Assembly (NCBI GenBank): GCA_963789395.1
Contig: CAWBKP010000020.1
Span: 1 to 64,000, forward strand
Direction: 5' to 3'
DNA length: 64,000 nt
Origin: an uncultured delta proteobacterium
GTDB lineage: Bacteria > Desulfobacterota > Desulfobacteria > Desulfobacterales > Desulfatirhabdiaceae
Numbering within the stretch: the stretch's first letter is position 1; every line of letters starts with the position of its first letter. Below the pieces are notes generated by a model. The model was given only the letters and a program-made list of their open reading frames with translations. It ran no database searches and was not told the origin of the DNA. The position numbers and the translations under genes were made by a program. Positions 62,145-64,000 of this stretch are shown in pieces.

Positions 62145-63278
62145 TTATTTCCGGTTGGCGTATTCCGCATATGTCATGGCCACCGTCCGATAGACCAGAT
62201 GCGCCAGTTTGGAAAAAGGCAGATAGGCAAACAGACAGAAAATGAAGATCAGGTGGATGAAATACATGGCATAAGACACCCCTGCCAGTCCTCCGAGCCG
62301 GGTCATTTCCGTCAGCATGCCGGTCAGTCCCAACCCAAGGGCAAGGCCCAAAAGAGACCAGTCCTTGTAGCTGGAAACGGAATCTTTCTGGGAAAGCCGG
62401 TTTTTTATCATCAGCACGCTGCCGATAACCAGCGCAATGCCGCTGAAATTGGCCAGCCACTTGACCGGGTTGAGCTGGGAATACGGTCCGTGAATCTGAA
62501 ATACATACAGAACGACAAAAAAGATGTTTGTAACGATGAACAGGCCGATAAATCCGAACAGCACCATCATGTGCGCGGTGGATCGTTCCCGGTTTTCCGT
62601 GCATTCATTGAATTTGTCATGTTTCAGGATCGTGGGAATGATGCGAAGAAATGCTTTTCCAAATTCCAGCGGATCAATCGATTTCTTGTCGGTCTTTCCT
62701 TCCTGAATCGCATTGGCATGAATGTCCGCCAGAAATCGTTTGAGGCCCAGCGCAAAAACAGCCACAGCCCATAGAAAAGCAGGAATCATGATCATGTCAA
62801 CAAGCCAGGAAGAGAAAAAATGCGAATGGACAATTTCATCTCCACCCGGTGTAAAGTCGAGCAGGCCGGTGATGAGGCCAAGAACAATAAATATCACAAC
62901 GGGAATGGCCATGAGAATCGGAAGTTTTTTGGGGTCGTTCACCGCTTTTCCCAGAGCCTTGGGAATGGCGTATTCGGAAACCGCATAGGCGCGAATGGCC
63001 GAAAGCACATCGCCGGGTTTTGCGCCGCGCGGGCAGCGGGTCGAACAATCCCCGCAGTTGTGGCACAGCCAGATATCGGCATTTCCGACCAGTTTGTCTT
63101 TTAAGCCCCAGGATGCCGCAATCATTTCTTTTCGGGGAAACGGCTTGGTATCCGGGGAAATGGGGCAGACCACGGAGCAGGTGGCGCACTGATAGCATTT
63201 CTTCAGATCGCCGCCGCCAAGCGCGGCAACTTCTTTGATAAACCCCATATCTGGCTCAACAAGATACGCATCAGACAT
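62145..63278 (-). CDS. qmoC: Quinone-interacting membrane-bound oxidoreductase subunit C
   Basis: CYQCATCSVVCP, FPRKEM..ASWGL and WLCHNCGDCSTRCP; TM domain ending YLPFSKLAH..YR. Confidence 0.93.
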   Translation of the reverse strand: MSDAYLVEPDMGFIKEVAALGGGDLKKCYQCATCSVVCPISPDTKPFPRKEMIAASWGLKDKLVGNADIWLCHNCGDCSTRCPRGAKPGDVLSAIRAYAVSEYAIPKALGKAVNDPKKLPILMAIPVVIFIVLGLITGLLDFTPGGDEIVHSHFFSSWLVDMIMIPAFLWAVAVFALGLKRFLADIHANAIQEGKTDKKSIDPLEFGKAFLRIIPTILKHDKFNECTENRERSTAHMMVLFGFIGLFIVTNIFFVVLYVFQIHGPYSQLNPVKWLANFSGIALVIGSVLMIKNRLSQKDSVSSYKDWSLLGLALGLGLTGMLTEMTRLGGLAGVSYAMYFIHLIFIFCLFAYLPFSKLAHLVYRTVAMTYAEYANRK

Positions 63279-63380
63279 GATTAATCCTCCTTAAAAAAGG
63301 CTGAAAGAGCGTGAGAGCGTATAAAGCGTTACGGTCAAAACCCTTTCAACGCACTCAGCCCTCTCACGGTCTGTATTAGT

Positions 63381-64000
63381 TTAGAAACCCTTCAAGGGGT
63401 TCGGTCCCATATCTGTGACGAGTTTGACAAAATCGTTGATGATCGTGGGAACTTTATCGAATTCATCAATGGCGATTTCAAACTGGGCGACCCGCTCCAC
63501 TTCAAGCGCCAGGCTTGCCAGGGCCTCGCCGATTTTTTTCATGCGGATGCTGGCCAGTTCACTGCCCTTGACAAAATGGCACTGGTAATCGTCGCCATGC
63601 TTGCAGCCCAGAACAAAGACGCCGTCCATGCCTTTGGACAGGGCTTCCTTGATCCAGATGACATTGACGGAGCCCAGGCAGCGAATCGGAATCAGCCGGA
63701 CATCCGCGGAAAACTGCAGCCGGTTCAGGCCGGCAATGTCGATGGCCGGATAGGCATCGTTTTCACAGACCAGGCCCAGAATCCGCATCGGCGGCTCATC
63801 AAAGTCGTCTGTCTGAGGGAACCTCGATGGCCTTGACCATGGAGCCGATGCTGTCGATATTGTAGTCCGCAAAGCCGATGATCCGCTCGGGGCAGGCGCC
63901 CATGCAGGTTCCGCAGCGTCTGCACCGGGTGGGATTGGGCTTTGGCGTGCCTTTTTCATCATCATCCAGGGCGCCGAACGGACATTCTTCGGTGCATCGC
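63381..64000 (-). CDS. qmoB: QmoB C-terminal part (HdrA/MvhD-like), runs off the window; frameshift near 63815
   Basis: CTEECPFGALDDD, CRRCGTCMGACPER; CENDAYPA.D; RCLGS; GCKHGDDYQCHFVKGSEL; GPNP.KGF. Confidence 0.9.
   Translation of the reverse strand, partial: DAPKNVRSAPWMMMKKARQSPIPPGADAAEPAWAPAPSGSSALRTTISTASAPWSRPSRFPQTDDFDEPPMRILGLVCENDAYPAIDIAGLNRLQFSADVRLIPIRCLGSVNVIWIKEALSKGMDGVFVLGCKHGDDYQCHFVKGSELASIRMKKIGEALASLALEVERVAQFEIAIDEFDKVPTIINDFVKLVTDMGPNPLKGF

Overview
Core-genome window of an anaerobic sulfate-reducing bacterium; the gene content suggests a Desulfobacterales-like organism (inference, no search run). Left to right it holds: an octaheme HAO-like cytochrome; the Wood-Ljungdahl cluster acsD-cooS-acsB-acsC-acsE plus a DUF3786-like gene; a UbiA prenyltransferase; acyl-CoA carboxylase pccBA; an ABC transporter/cNMP-binding/STAS operon; sat; a histidine kinase, response regulator, CoA-transferase and acyl-CoA ligase; two type IV minor-pilin clusters (the second with PilY1) interleaved with three toxin-antitoxin loci; a PilB/GspE ATPase; an AsmA-like gene with an internal ~1 kb duplication; an oxygen-defence cluster (rubrerythrin, desulfoferrodoxin, flavodoxin, triheme cytochrome, rubredoxin, flavodiiron protein); an NtrC-type regulator; gdhA with an upstream PPDK_N-like gene, divergent from a glutamate-synthase FMN-domain gene; and qmoC plus the end of qmoB. 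Many genes, including essential ones, are split by small frameshifts, most simply explained as sequencing indels. The most notable non-coding signals are: (1) two independently deleted copies of a small element bounded by terminal inverted repeats and 7-mer repeats, carrying remnants of a four-helix-bundle (IVP/Avd-like) gene, plus several heptamer-arm hairpin scars in other intergenic regions; (2) two tandem ANTAR-type dual-hairpin RNA elements in the glutamate synthase leader; (3) small inverted-repeat-bounded elements that enclose REP-like pairs. All calls are by eye from motifs; no databases were queried.
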